NCBI GenBank assembly: GCA_002269645.1
Contig: NIVC01002092.1
Span: 62,001 to 126,000, forward strand
DNA: 64,000 nt
From: Macrostomum lignano
Taxonomy: Eukaryota
Direction: 5' to 3'
A model generated the notes under the pieces. It ran no database searches and had not been told where the DNA came from. It saw only the letters and a program-made list of their open reading frames with translations. How positions within the stretch are numbered: position 1 is the stretch's first letter; each line of letters begins with the position of its first letter. The translations under genes and the position numbers were made by a program. Positions 1 through 12,112 of this stretch are shown in pieces.

Positions 1-1
1 G

Positions 2-727
2 GCCAGGCTGGCACTTTTCGGCTGGCACTCGGACGGCTCTTTCCTTCGCTTCAACTTCGCCGGCTCCGGCCCCGGCGTCGACTGGCCCCGCTGCGGCGGT
101 GGCAGCGCCGGCACTCTGACGCCGCTGCTGGACAGGTCGGCGCGAGAGGCGCCAAGCTGGCTGTCCGAGGCGCGCCAGACTCTGGACAATAGTCTGCTGC
201 TGGCCGGCCAGGCTGTCGAAGTCGGGCTCCGCCTGCCGCGGCCAAGGCAACCACCGAAGCCGCTGGTCCTGGCATTGAACCACGCGGGCATCGCCGCGAG
301 CGTCTGCCTGCTGGCGGCGGCCGTCCTGCCGGCCTGCCTTCGGCCGCGGCGGCCCGCCCGCTGCTCGCTGGCAGCGGGAATCGTCCTGGCAGCCTCAGCC
401 GTCGGCCTGTCGCTGCTGGCCACGTCGGCGTGTCTGGTGAAGCTCTACTTCTTCACCCTGTGCGAGGTCGGCAGCTCGCAGGCCGAGCCGCCCCGCTACG
501 ACAGCCTCGTGCCGCCCTGCCCGCTGCTGCGCAAGGCCTTCTTCTGCGCCGAATGCTTCAGCCTGCTAGTGCTGATCGCCTCCGCCTGCATGGCCGCCTG
601 CCTGCTGGCCTTCCTGTCCAGGGCCGCCTGCGGCTGCGACAACCGGCGGCCAAGCCTGCGGCAGCTGCGCCGGCGTCGGCGAAATCGCAACGACGAGGGC
701 GACGTTGGCGTTGGTTTCAACGTCTGA
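2..727 (+). CDS. 3' part of a multipass membrane protein CDS (possibly claudin/PMP22-like tetraspan topology); 5' end lies outside the window
   Basis: Frame is open from base 2 (ARLALFGWHSDGSFLRFNFAG...) through the listed ORF 275-727 to TGA. GC-rich. Three hydrophobic segments are followed by a basic tail RRPSLRQLRRRRRNR. Family assignment is inference. Confidence 0.6.
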   Translation, partial: ARLALFGWHSDGSFLRFNFAGSGPGVDWPRCGGGSAGTLTPLLDRSAREAPSWLSEARQTLDNSLLLAGQAVEVGLRLPRPRQPPKPLVLALNHAGIAASVCLLAAAVLPACLRPRRPARCSLAAGIVLAASAVGLSLLATSACLVKLYFFTLCEVGSSQAEPPRYDSLVPPCPLLRKAFFCAECFSLLVLIASACMAACLLAFLSRAACGCDNRRPSLRQLRRRRRNRNDEGDVGVGFNV

Positions 728-777
728 TTGGAGCGGATGGGGAGTCGCTGAGTAGATTTAGATGCACTTTAAAGCCT

Positions 778-1076
778 GGATTGCTAGACTATGATAGGGA
801 TTGCTAATCTATATGATAGGGATTGCTAATCTATATGATAGGGATTGCTAGTCTATATGATAGGGATTGCTAATCTATATGATAGGGATTGCTAATCTAT
901 ATGATAGGGATTGCTAGTCTATATGATAGGGATTGCTAATCTATATGATAGGGATTGCTAGTCTATATGATATGGATTGCTAATCTATATGATAGGGATT
1001 GCTAATCTATATGATAGGGATTGCTAGTCTATATGATATGGATTACTAATCTATATAATATGGATTACTAATCTAT
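778..1076. repeat. 22-bp minisatellite (GATTGCTAATCTATATGATAGG), ~13 copies
   Basis: Directly visible tandem units just downstream of the stop at 727. Confidence 0.95.
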
Positions 1077-1490
1077 TGCAAATTAAATTCAAAATAGTAC
1101 AGGATTTCAGTCTCTAACCAAAAATAAGTACATAATGAAAATTTATACTTCAACAGTCCTCTGAGCAGACTGAGAATTCACCAACGCACAGGCGCCAGTT
1201 AAACAAACCCGTTTAGCTCGTAATGGTTTCAAAGTGCATTCATTGCAGCTTGATGTTTTGCGCATGCTATGTGTAGGAAAAAATGCAATAAAAGCCTTCC
1301 CACAAGAACTGCACTGTATGTACCGCAACTGCTTGCCGATGCATGATTGCTTCTCAGATACTGAAACCTCTTCAACTGACGGTCATCCACTGCTTTTCTG
1401 TCCGTGTTTGTCCACTTGCGATAAAGCACTGTGCATTGCCTTTCTCTTTTTTGAGATATAAATTGGGTTCTATTTCCAGCAACTGGGACT

Positions 1491-2086
<596 letters not shown>

Positions 2087-2368
2087 CAGACAGAGACAGA
2101 AGCATAGGCAGCCTGACTGACGAATTATCTGTGAGATTTTCTAATACAAAGCGAGCCGGAAGCGGATCGTGTTGGGTGCCCAACTCTACAGCATGCTTGG
2201 CTAAGCTCCTAATCAATACGCTCGTATAGGGGAATGAAGGGAATGCTCGCATATCTAAGCTAATCCGGAGTGTTAAGGCGAGGAGGCGCCTGCCCGCATC
2301 TCAGGAATCTCAGGGCCACAGTCGGGTGACCCTGCTTCGCTTGGGACCCTACACGGTGATCGTGTCCA

Positions 2369-3676
2369 TGACCGTGTCTGTGACCGGGTCTGTGACCGTG
2401 TCTGTGACCGTGTCTCTGACCGTATCTGTGACCGTATCTGTGACCGTGTCTGTGACCGTATCTGTGACCGTATCTGTGACCGTGTCTGTGACCGTGTCTC
2501 TGACCGTGTCTCTGACTGTGTCTCTGACCGTGTCTCTGACCGTGTCTCTGACCGTGTCTCTGACCGTATCTGTGACCGTGTCTCTGACCGTATCTGTGAC
2601 CGTATCTGTGACCGTATCTGTGACCGTATCTGTGACCGTATCTGTGACCGTATCTGTGACCGTATCTGTGACCGTGTCTCTGACCGTATCTGTGACCGTA
2701 TCTGTGACCGTATCTGTGACCGTATCTGTGACCGTATCTGTGACCGTGTCTCTGACCGTATCTGTGACCGTGTCTCTGACCGTATCTGTGACCGTGTCTC
2801 TGACCGTATCTGTGACCGTGTCTGTGACCGTATCTGTGACCGTGTCTCTGACCGTGTCTCTGACCGTGTCTCTGACCGTATCTGTGACCGTGTCTCTGAC
2901 CGTATCTGTGACCGTGTCTCTGACCGTATCTGTGACCGTGTCTCTGACCGTATCTGTGACCGTGTCTCTGACCGTGTCTGTGACCGTATCTGTGACCGTA
3001 TCTGTGACCGTGTCTCTGACCGTATCTGTGACCGTGTCTCTGACCGTATCTGTGACCGTGTCTCTGACCGTATCTGTGACCGTGTCTCTGACCGTATCTG
3101 TGACCGTGTCTCTGACCGTGTCTCTGACCGTATCTGTGACCGTGTCTCTGACCGTATCTGTGACCGTGTCTCTGACCGTATCTGTGACCGTGTCTCTGAC
3201 CGTGTCTCTGACCGTGTCTGTGACCGTGTCTGTGACCGTATCTGTGACCGTGTCTCTGACCGTGTCTCTGACCGTGTCTCTGACCGTATCTGTGACCGTG
3301 TCTCTGACCGTATCTGTGACCGTGTCTCTGACCGTATCTGTGACCGTGTCTCTGACCGTATCTGTGACCGTGTCTCTGACCGTGTCTGTGACCGTATCTG
3401 TGACCGTATCTGTGACCGTGTCTCTGACCGTATCTGTGACCGTGTCTCTGACCGTATCTGTGACCGTGTCTCTGACCGTATCTGTGACCGTGTCTCTGAC
3501 CGTATCTGTGACCGTGTCTCTGACCGTGTCTCTGACCGTATCTGTGACCGTGTCTCTGACCGTATCTGTGACCGTGTCTCTGACCGTATCTGTGACCGTG
3601 TCTCTGACCGTGTCTCTGACCGTGTCTCTGACCGTGTCTCTGACCGTATCTCTGACCGTGTCTGTGACCGTGTCTG
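2369..3676. repeat. 12-bp minisatellite TGACCGT(A/G)TCT(G/C), ~109 copies
   Basis: Tandem 12-mers varying almost only at two positions. Confidence 0.98.
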
Positions 3677-4172
3677 AAAAAGGCAGGAAGCGTTTCCCTG
3701 CTGGAGAATAGCAAACTCATCTAGCGGTACAACCAAACCACTTGCCAAATGCACTTTTCCTGGAGCTCATGCTTCACGCGGCGACTTCCTAACTTTCATT
3801 CTTTTGCGTTGCGTGCCCTCCGAGCCAACCTAGCATATTTTTCGGCAGCCAATAAATCAATCCGGCCGCTGGAGCTGCTCCTGCTTGCGGCTGAAACTCT
3901 CTCTGCCTTCAACAAGGCGGCCGCTTCCTCTCTGCAGCCGCCTCTGCTGCTGCTGCTGCTGCGGCTGCTGCTCCCTCAATTGGCCAAGATAAATATCAGC
4001 GGCATTGATTGAGGAAAAGAGCGATGCAGCGATCTGGGAAGACTTTGTGTTGACATTGGGGATGCTGGGAGAGTGCGGCCGTCATTGTGCGTGAGTACTG
4101 CGAGTTGGGAGCTTGCGGAGTGCACTGCTGATCATGGTTTGATCTGGGGTTCTCTGAGGCCTCTGTAGGAGA

Positions 4173-4723
<551 letters not shown>

Positions 4724-5102
4724 GCAGACAGACGGACAGACAGACTGGCACAGCTACTGTATTGATTAATGAGTCTCCAGCTCACAATTTGCATATGCAT
4801 GAGCAGCTCAATAACAGCCATAACCAGATTAATGCACAAGAGATGGGCAGCGGCTATTCAGACTCATCGCTGATGGCGCTGGCACTCATTATTTAGCATG
4901 GCAGACCAAGGATGTCGCCATAGGAGTAGAGCCTCTTTGCATTCCGCATATTTAATCAATGATTTCTGATGGCAGTGCCCGAAAAAATGCATTCAGGAGA
5001 CGGAGAGTGGGCGAGAAAACACTGCATGCTGCTTCTTACCGGATATTGTGAATATTCTCTGTCAGCGTGTTGAGCTCACTTTGAAGGATAGAGAACGTGT
5101 TG

Positions 5103-5104
<2 letters not shown>

Positions 5105-5155
<51 letters not shown>
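5105..5155. repeat. (GT)n microsatellite
   Basis: Direct reading. Confidence 0.98.
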
Positions 5156-5159
<4 letters not shown>

Positions 5160-7549
5160 TGCACGAGGCATTTGTTGAGACAAGCGTGTATAAAGTGACC
5201 CGTGCTATTAGGACCAAAAAAGTGTTGGGCCAGGCCCAACAAGTGCGTCCCAACACACCAAAAAATGAAAGCCTTAGAAATGAAAAAATATTCATTAGAA
5301 CTGTCTTTCAATTCTCTTTTCAAAAATCAAGGTCATTTTTTCATATTTTAAATCAAACACGAGCTATGTAATGATTTGTAGTGTCCCAAGAGGGTAAAAA
5401 ATTATGCGAAAATTTTCTTTTGACCCAACATAACTATTGGGTCACAATAAGAATTCACGCTCTTTTACAACGTTTCTTACAATTATAGTGGAAGTTCTAG
5501 TAAAAATAACAAAGTATGTATACCACAGAGCTGCTAATCGACGCTCTAAGGATCCAATGGTATTTGACAGCGTATTTTCTGAATTTCGGATATAAAAAAT
5601 AATTCTATGGAGATTCAAAATCCTATTTTCATACATGAAATGTGTTAGCAAGACAAAGAAAAACTTTTCTTTCCCCCAACAAGTATCGTTGATTTTATTA
5701 TATAGTAGTTAAAGTACGTTATTCCACGTTACTAAAAGGAAGCGTGTTCTCTAAGGCTTCTTAATTGGCCTGAGTTTGTGGTTAGCTATACGCTCGTATT
5801 GCGAGCATATTTGCAAAATATTCCATAGAGTCATTATTTGGTATAGTGATTTGACGTACTGAGAAACAATGAGACTTAGATCACTGCATGGACTGCTAGC
5901 TCATTTTAGCCTGTCACTGGAAGGTCAAAGGCGATTTGTTGGCCATAAACTAACTAGCGCACGAGTACTCTTAACAGAACCAGATTGTCGCGTTAGTCTA
6001 TTACCCTCCAACATAGTATCTTAGACCACTTAAAGTTGTACAGCCCTCTCTGGAAAACAGTTCTTTCTCATTCGATCGTAAAGATAAAACCCGTGTGCAT
6101 ATATTCAGAAGTATATGTACAGAACAAGCGTGTACAAGACCCAAGAAATTCCTTCCCCCCGGGCCAATTGTGTACATTCCTATCCAGGCGGAGGGGAAGC
6201 GCGCGGAGGAGAGGCGGGCGCAAGGGGGGTGGAGTTTCACCTTAACACTGAGGCGGAGGCCTACGGAGGAGGTAGAGCTAAGATTGGAGCCTACGAGAGG
6301 CATACAAAGGGGTCGTACTATAAAGCTGTCGTAGCATAAGTTTGATCGTACGTCGGAACTTCTACACTGCGGACATAGGAGCTAAGAACGATCTTATCTT
6401 ATAATGGCTTTATAGAACGGGCCCGAAATCTTAATAGAATGGTAGAAGTTCGCTTTGGCAAACAGCATCCTGCATATGGTAAAAGAATGTAGTTCATTTA
6501 CGAGGCCTGCCCTACACAGGCGAAATGTGCCCAAGGCACAAGAGTTCCATGACCTCTTTCCATGGAAACTTGGCTATACGAGCGTAGGAACCATTACAAA
6601 TATGTAAGTTGAATTTAAAGATCCTTTTTAGGATTCATAAACTTTACTTAACTAAACTTAACTAATCAAGCTTAAAATGTATTTTTACAATTCCAGATAT
6701 ATGTACATGTAAATTTGCTCAGCCTTAGTTTTCTTCTATCAAGCGAATTGCCTTTATTGTCAAGTAAGTCATATTATATGTGGATATTTTTGTGCATGGT
6801 AAAAATTTAGAAGCAGCCCACTACGAGAAGCAAAATAGTTGTTTATTGAATGAAATTGACATCGGTTTCGCAAGTAGCATTTTGGGCACATCCAAATCGC
6901 TGCAGCGCCACAGCCATGCGCGGAGCCAAAAACAATACTTATTGAGCGCTTGGCCAATTTTAAATTATTCTATTCGGACTATGGGCCGTATGCAGAAAGC
7001 TTAGTCCAGACCACAGATACTATAAACACTAGATAGGCCACTCAGGCTAATTTTCTGGGCAAGTTTTTTATTCTACTTTCTGCTTAGTAGCAATGAAAGG
7101 AAGCAACAGTATTATTTGCTAAATTAGACAAATCGAGTGACTGTTTTTAAGACATCGTTTTGCTAACGCCATAAACAACTAACTTGTTTTGTGCAGTAAT
7201 GGTGTACATTAAGACGCGACAGACAGTGTGCAATGCCGCTATCTTTCAAAGTGGAGGAAGGGGGGTAGTCTGGAATAGGGTTAATATCAGTTTCGTATAA
7301 GGCAGGGTGAGTGGATCGATAATTTAGGCCTACTGGTGGTGGGATAGAAAATAAAGGACTGCACATAGCTAGCCTGGGTTAGGGGTGGGGTGGGGGTTGA
7401 GAGGTTGTGGGTTAGAAAATTTGGGGGTGGCGAATCGTGCTTAAATACAAGCTTATATAGATGAACAGGACAAGAGTCAGAGTTAAAGAAAGTTCGAGTG
7501 CATACTAGCTTTTCTATCTAATCTTGTACTCGAGAAATGTTTTGATTCG

Positions 7550-7825
7550 AACCACTGCTGTGCTCCCACTTGCACGAGCTTTGTACTAGTGCTATTAACA
7601 TCCGAGAAAGAAAAATCCGTTGCGAATGCATAAATTACCAAAAGATGACACTGGCGAAGCGCTGGCAGCAGCTACTACAGGAGCGTGGATATTGATCTTT
7701 ATAAACAATTAAATCACGGGGCCTCCGTGTGTTCAGCTTGCACTTTATGGACGAGGCCTACTGCTGCCTTACAAAGTGCCACGGATGTGCAAGACATCTG
7801 TTTTCGCTGGGACGCAATCCCACAC
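7550..7825 (+). pseudogene. Frameshifted THAP DNA-binding domain (P-transposase N-terminus)
   Basis: Pieced across frames: NHCCAPTCTS ... LRMHKLPKDD / LAKRWQQLL ... NHGASVCS / HFMDEAY ... WDAIP. This matches the C-x-C, P, W, CxxHF and AVP hallmarks of THAP domains. Confidence 0.8.
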
Positions 7826-8090
7826 CAAGAGTTGATGCTGCCTCGGCTCGTTCAAATAGACCAGCTACCCTCTGTGCAAAGGACTGATAAACGATGAAGA
7901 GGCAGACGACATGTACCCTCCAGTGCTGGGGCCAATTAGCAATCTATCTGCAGCCGAGCCTGCGACTTGCCTGCTGCCAGTGCTGTGGCAGAGCAACCTT
8001 CGGCTACCAGATTCTGCGCCGAGAACAGCTGTTGCGGCTGAAAGCTCTCACCTCTGCAGCCGATTCGCGGGTTCCAAGCGCTAGAGGCAA

Positions 8091-8353
8091 AGATCAAGCG
8101 GCTGCAGCAACGATCCCGAAAGTGACAGGCGAATCAAGCGGCTGCAGCGGCAATCCCGAAAGTGACAGGCGAATCAAGCGGCTGCAGCGGCAATCCCGAA
8201 AGCGACAGGCAAATCAAGCGGCTGCAGCGGCAATCCCGAAAGCGACAGGCAAATCAAGCGGCTGCAGCGGCAATCCCGAAAGCGACAGGCAAATCAAGCG
8301 GCTGCAGCGGCAATCCCGAAAGCGACAGGCAAATCAAGCGGCTGCAGCGGCAA
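8091..8353. repeat. 40-bp tandem repeat inside the P-like element (~6.5 copies)
   Basis: AATCAAGCGGCTGCAGCGGCAATCCCGAAAGCGACAGGCA, period 40 (8131, 8171, 8211, ...). Confidence 0.95.
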
Positions 8354-9636
8354 CTCTCGATGGTCAAGGCAAGTGCAGCGCAGTCGTGCATCCATGGACT
8401 GTGGAGGCGTGGCTAGCGCAGCTTCCAGCGGTCGACTGGGCGGCAGGGCGCTCGCAGTCAGGGGTGCTCTGGTCAAAGGATGTCATCTCATCAGCAGCTC
8501 ATTGCAGCTGCACCACAAAAGTCCTGCTGCTTATCGGCTGCCTGTTACGAAACCACTGAGGATTGGCTCCATCGGATACATCCCTGGACCTTGAAGTGGC
8601 GCATTCGCCAGTTTTTTTCATCTGTTGGGCCGTTCTGAATGCTGCCTCTGAACAAGGGCGACTGGCGACCCTGTTCTTCGACAGCACGCTGCGAGTTTCA
8701 CAAACAGATGAGCTGATTAAGATGAGAAATCTTTCTATTTTGCTTCACGAATATGGATTATGGAGTATATGATATAGCTCGTATTTGCTAAATATACAAT
8801 AGTAGACTGCAATAATATAGCCTTCTATGCAATCTAAAGCATTCACAATGTTGCTTTGAATTGTGGAAAGTATAATTATAAGTTTCTTTTTGCAAAAAAT
8901 CAATACAATTGCTGCATTGCATTCATCTGTTTTTTTATTTTAAAAAAATATAAATAACGCTAAAATGTTTTTACTACTACTAAGCAGAAAGTAGAGTAAA
9001 CTGTCGTGTTGTGAAAATTAGCTGGAGTGGCCTATCTAGTGTTTATAGTATCTGTGGTCCAGACTAGCTAGTCCGGACTTGGGTAGTTCAGTCTATAGTC
9101 TATGGTCTAGCTACCCTAGTTCTGCTATAGTAGACCGGTCTAACTTTGCGTTTCTGCATACCAAATCCAAGTCCAGACTAGTTTTTCAAGACCGGACTAC
9201 CCTAGACAGAGCTTTCTGCATACGGCCCAATATAAAAAAAGTGAGTATGTTCTAGACCGCGAAGAGCTGCAAAGACAAACAGAGTAAAGCCAGCAGCAAA
9301 AATGCTCTCTATGGAAGATTTGGTTGGGAAGATGGCAAAAAAAAGAATCTCAGAAACTTGCACATCCCATACCTGGAACTGAATCGGAATGTGTTTTGCT
9401 TTCTAGGGGCTTATTAGAACAAACAAATCTGCAGACAGCTAGAGTGAGAGAGTGAATTTGTGCAGGACTATTGGGACAGTGAGATGTAAAGTTCATCTGA
9501 ATGACTAAATAGACGGCACTGTTGGGACAAACTATACGCTCACATTTTAGTTACACACCATAATTTCATTTGCAATGAAGCATTTATTAGGACATCGACA
9601 TAGATTTCTGTTTTCCTTTTTCCTTTGTACGCACAG

Positions 9637-9867
9637 GTTCAGCCGCTAAGTGGCATGCCTAAAAGAGAAGACCTACATCAACAATTAACAGCGAGCATTC
9701 CGATATCGCGGACGCATTAGCCACACCTTGTTTACTAGCTGCTCAGGAGCAGCAACAGACACTTCTCATGCAGACAGGCTGCAGCCAGTCTATTGATGAT
9801 TTGTCTTGTGGAGCTAAAGACAACTCGTCCGGCAAAGGATTAAAGAGAAAGAGGCGATCTGTTCTGG
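9637..9867 (+). pseudogene. Exon-like segment 'A' (paralogue of the 14410/17319/20228 exons), apparently frameshifted
   Basis: Polypyrimidine-CAG acceptor before 9637 and G|GTGAGC donor after 9867. It has one base fewer than the other copies after GAAGAC, which closes the reading frame. Confidence 0.45.
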
Positions 9868-10372
9868 GTGAGCATTATCTGCTGTGGAAGTAACCAGAGT
9901 ATTTGTGTTGCCCGGTAGAGCACAATTCGAAATCAATGTAACAATCTCAAAGGCATTGTTGGGACACAAACTACGGACTAGCAAACACAGCCCAGCCTAG
10001 CTCAAGTGTGGTAATTTGCGGGGGCATTTATTGGGACATCATTGCAGCTTGGCACTTTAAAACCAATGTAGCAATCTCAGAGGCATTGTTGGGACACAAT
10101 CTACGCCTAGCAAACACAGCCTAGCCTAGCTCAAGTGTGGTAATTTGCGGGGGCATTTATTGGGACATCATTGCAGCTTGGCACTTTAAAACCAATGTAG
10201 CAATCTCAGAGGCATTGTTGGGACACAATCTACGCCTAGCAAACACAGCCCAGTCTAGCTCAAGTGTGGTAATTTGCGGGGGCATTTATTGGGACATCAT
10301 TGCAGCTGGGCACTTTAAAACCAATGTAGCAATCTCAGAGGCATTGTTGGGACACAATCTACGCCTAGCAAA

Positions 10373-12112
10373 CCCGTGTGGCCATCTGATCAGGTTTTTC
10401 GCCCGGTAGGCGATCGGGATTTTTGCCCGGTTTGTAATACATTTTTTCCTATCTAAAAACCCGAAAATCCTCGGGAAAGTGGTCTCGAAAACGGACGAAG
10501 ACGGCAGTTTCGTCTGGTTGTTCGTCAGGAATTTCGTAGAGGACATCAGGTATTTTCTCGGGTTTCTCTTCGGCTACTCAAACTGATGAGTACCCTGAAT
10601 AAAACCCGACAAATGACCGGATGAAAGTGCAATAGCAGAACCCGGCAAATAACCGGGGCAAAATCAGACTAAAACCTAACGAAAGCGACACGACGATCAA
10701 ACCGGACGAATACCCGGAGCAAAATCAGACTAAAACCTAACGAAAGCGACACGACGACCCAACCGGACGAATACCCGGAGCAAAATCAGACTAAAACCTA
10801 ACGAAAGCGACACGACGACCCAACCGGACGAATATCCGGAGCAAAATCAGACTAAAACCTAACGAAAGCGACACGACGACCCAACCGGACGAATATCCGG
10901 AGCAAAATCAGACTAAAACCTAACGAAAGCGACACGACGACCCAACCGGACGAATATCCGGAGCAAAATCAGACTAAAACCTAACGAAAGCGACACGACG
11001 ACCCAACCGGACGAATATCCGGAGCAAAATCAGACTAAAACCTAACGAAAGCGACACGACGACCCAACCGGACGAATATCCGGAGCAAAATCAGACTAAA
11101 ACCTAACGAAAGCGACACGACGACCCAACCGGACGAATATCCGGAGCAAAATCAGACTAAAACCTAACGAAAGCGACACGACGATCAAACCGGACGAAAA
11201 ACCCTGCATCCCTATCAAATTGTGTCTACTCTCGGAAATATGTAGTGCCGACTTAGTAAAACATCTACAGTGCGCTTCTGTCAACGGATACCGTGAAGAG
11301 TGAAGAAGTAAGACAATTGTCAGTGTTAATACAAAATATGTAACGTTCCATCTTGCAATTCATCAAACTGTTCCAAATCACCTACAAGATCAATATACTC
11401 CTCTGTTTTTTTATTCCAAAGATGTTGTAGAATACAGTCAGTAGGCGCATAGTCGCTAGTCATCTAGGCGCATAAATGCGGGAATTTAAAATCACTTCTG
11501 ACTGGCCAAAAGTATGTTGGAATCCCACAGTAGCATGCAGCCTTCAGAAATGTGTGCGATGACAGCATTAAAATGACATATTTTTATTCTCAGTTTACGT
11601 GAACTACGCTCGTAATGTAACATACGAAGACGCTCATATGGTATATATAAAGATGAGCGGAAAAAATACTGCAAGAGAACAAAACAGGAGCACATTACAG
11701 GACATGCAATTACAAGAAAATCTTCATGTCAATTGTCAATTATACACTGTGTCTCCCATACCATTTTCAACCCAATCCTGAATTAAAGGCTTTCATCAGC
11801 TCTTTTCTCCGGCTCTTGTCCGGTCGAAGAACCAGAGAAAGAACCGGGCAAAATTCCAGGCGGAATTGTTATTTCATCCGCTTTTACTCCGGATTTGCCT
11901 GCGTTACTAAACTGGTTCCAAACCTGGCGAAGGACCGGGTAAAAAACCAGAGCACTCGTACGGTTTTTCCTCCGGAATTTCGCCTGGTTTAGAAAGGCAG
12001 AGAAAAACCGGATAAATTCGCCTGGTTTATGTTCTTCGCCTGGAAATGGGGCAAAAAACATAGCAAGCCAGAGCGAAACCGGGCGAAAAACCTGATCGGA
12101 TGGCCACACGGG
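10373..12112. mobile_element. Non-autonomous CMC/EnSpm-like DNA transposon (1740 bp) inserted in the satellite
   Basis: TIR CCCGTGTGGCCATC(T/C)GATCAGGTTTTTCGCCCGG at both ends. 2-bp TSD AA restores the satellite motif GCAAACACAGC. CCGG-rich subterminal repeats. Confidence 0.8.
10658..11197. repeat. 61-bp tandem repeat inside the EnSpm-like element (~9 copies)
   Basis: GCAAAATCAGACTAAAACCTAACGAAAGCGACACGACGACCCAACCGGACGAATATCCGGA, period 61. Confidence 0.95.

Larger units (their letters stand above)
7012..9056 (+). mobile_element. Non-autonomous P-superfamily DNA transposon, copy 1 (2045 bp)
   Basis: 32-bp perfect TIR CACAGATACTATAAACACTAGATAGGCCACTC (fits the CANRG start of P elements). 8-bp TSD GTCCAGAC at 7004-7011 and 9057-9064. 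Internal THAP relic. Confidence 0.9.
6983..9228. mobile_element. ~190-bp MITE with GGGCC-starting TIRs (PIF/Harbinger-like), interrupted by the P-like element
   Basis: GGGCCGTATGCAGAAAGCT at 6983-7001 and AGCTTTCTGCATACGGCCC at 9210-9228 are perfect 19-bp inverted repeats. The 3-bp flanks (TAT / AAT) differ by one base, so the superfamily call is tentative. Confidence 0.65.

Noticed and set aside
7894-8559. 221-aa ORF (and its mirror at 31305-31970) as a transposase or gene
   Set aside because: It is dominated by the 40-bp repeat, has no DDE-like motifs, and is out of frame with the THAP relic.
6001-9420. Possible decayed Polinton DNA polymerase B or integrase (EAYGGGR at ~6255; KNALYGRFG at ~9300)
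   Set aside because: No DxxSLYP or YxDTDS motifs, the K-x3-N spacing is wrong, and the intervening frames are full of stops. Isolated short matches can be chance; tBLASTn/HMMER would be needed.
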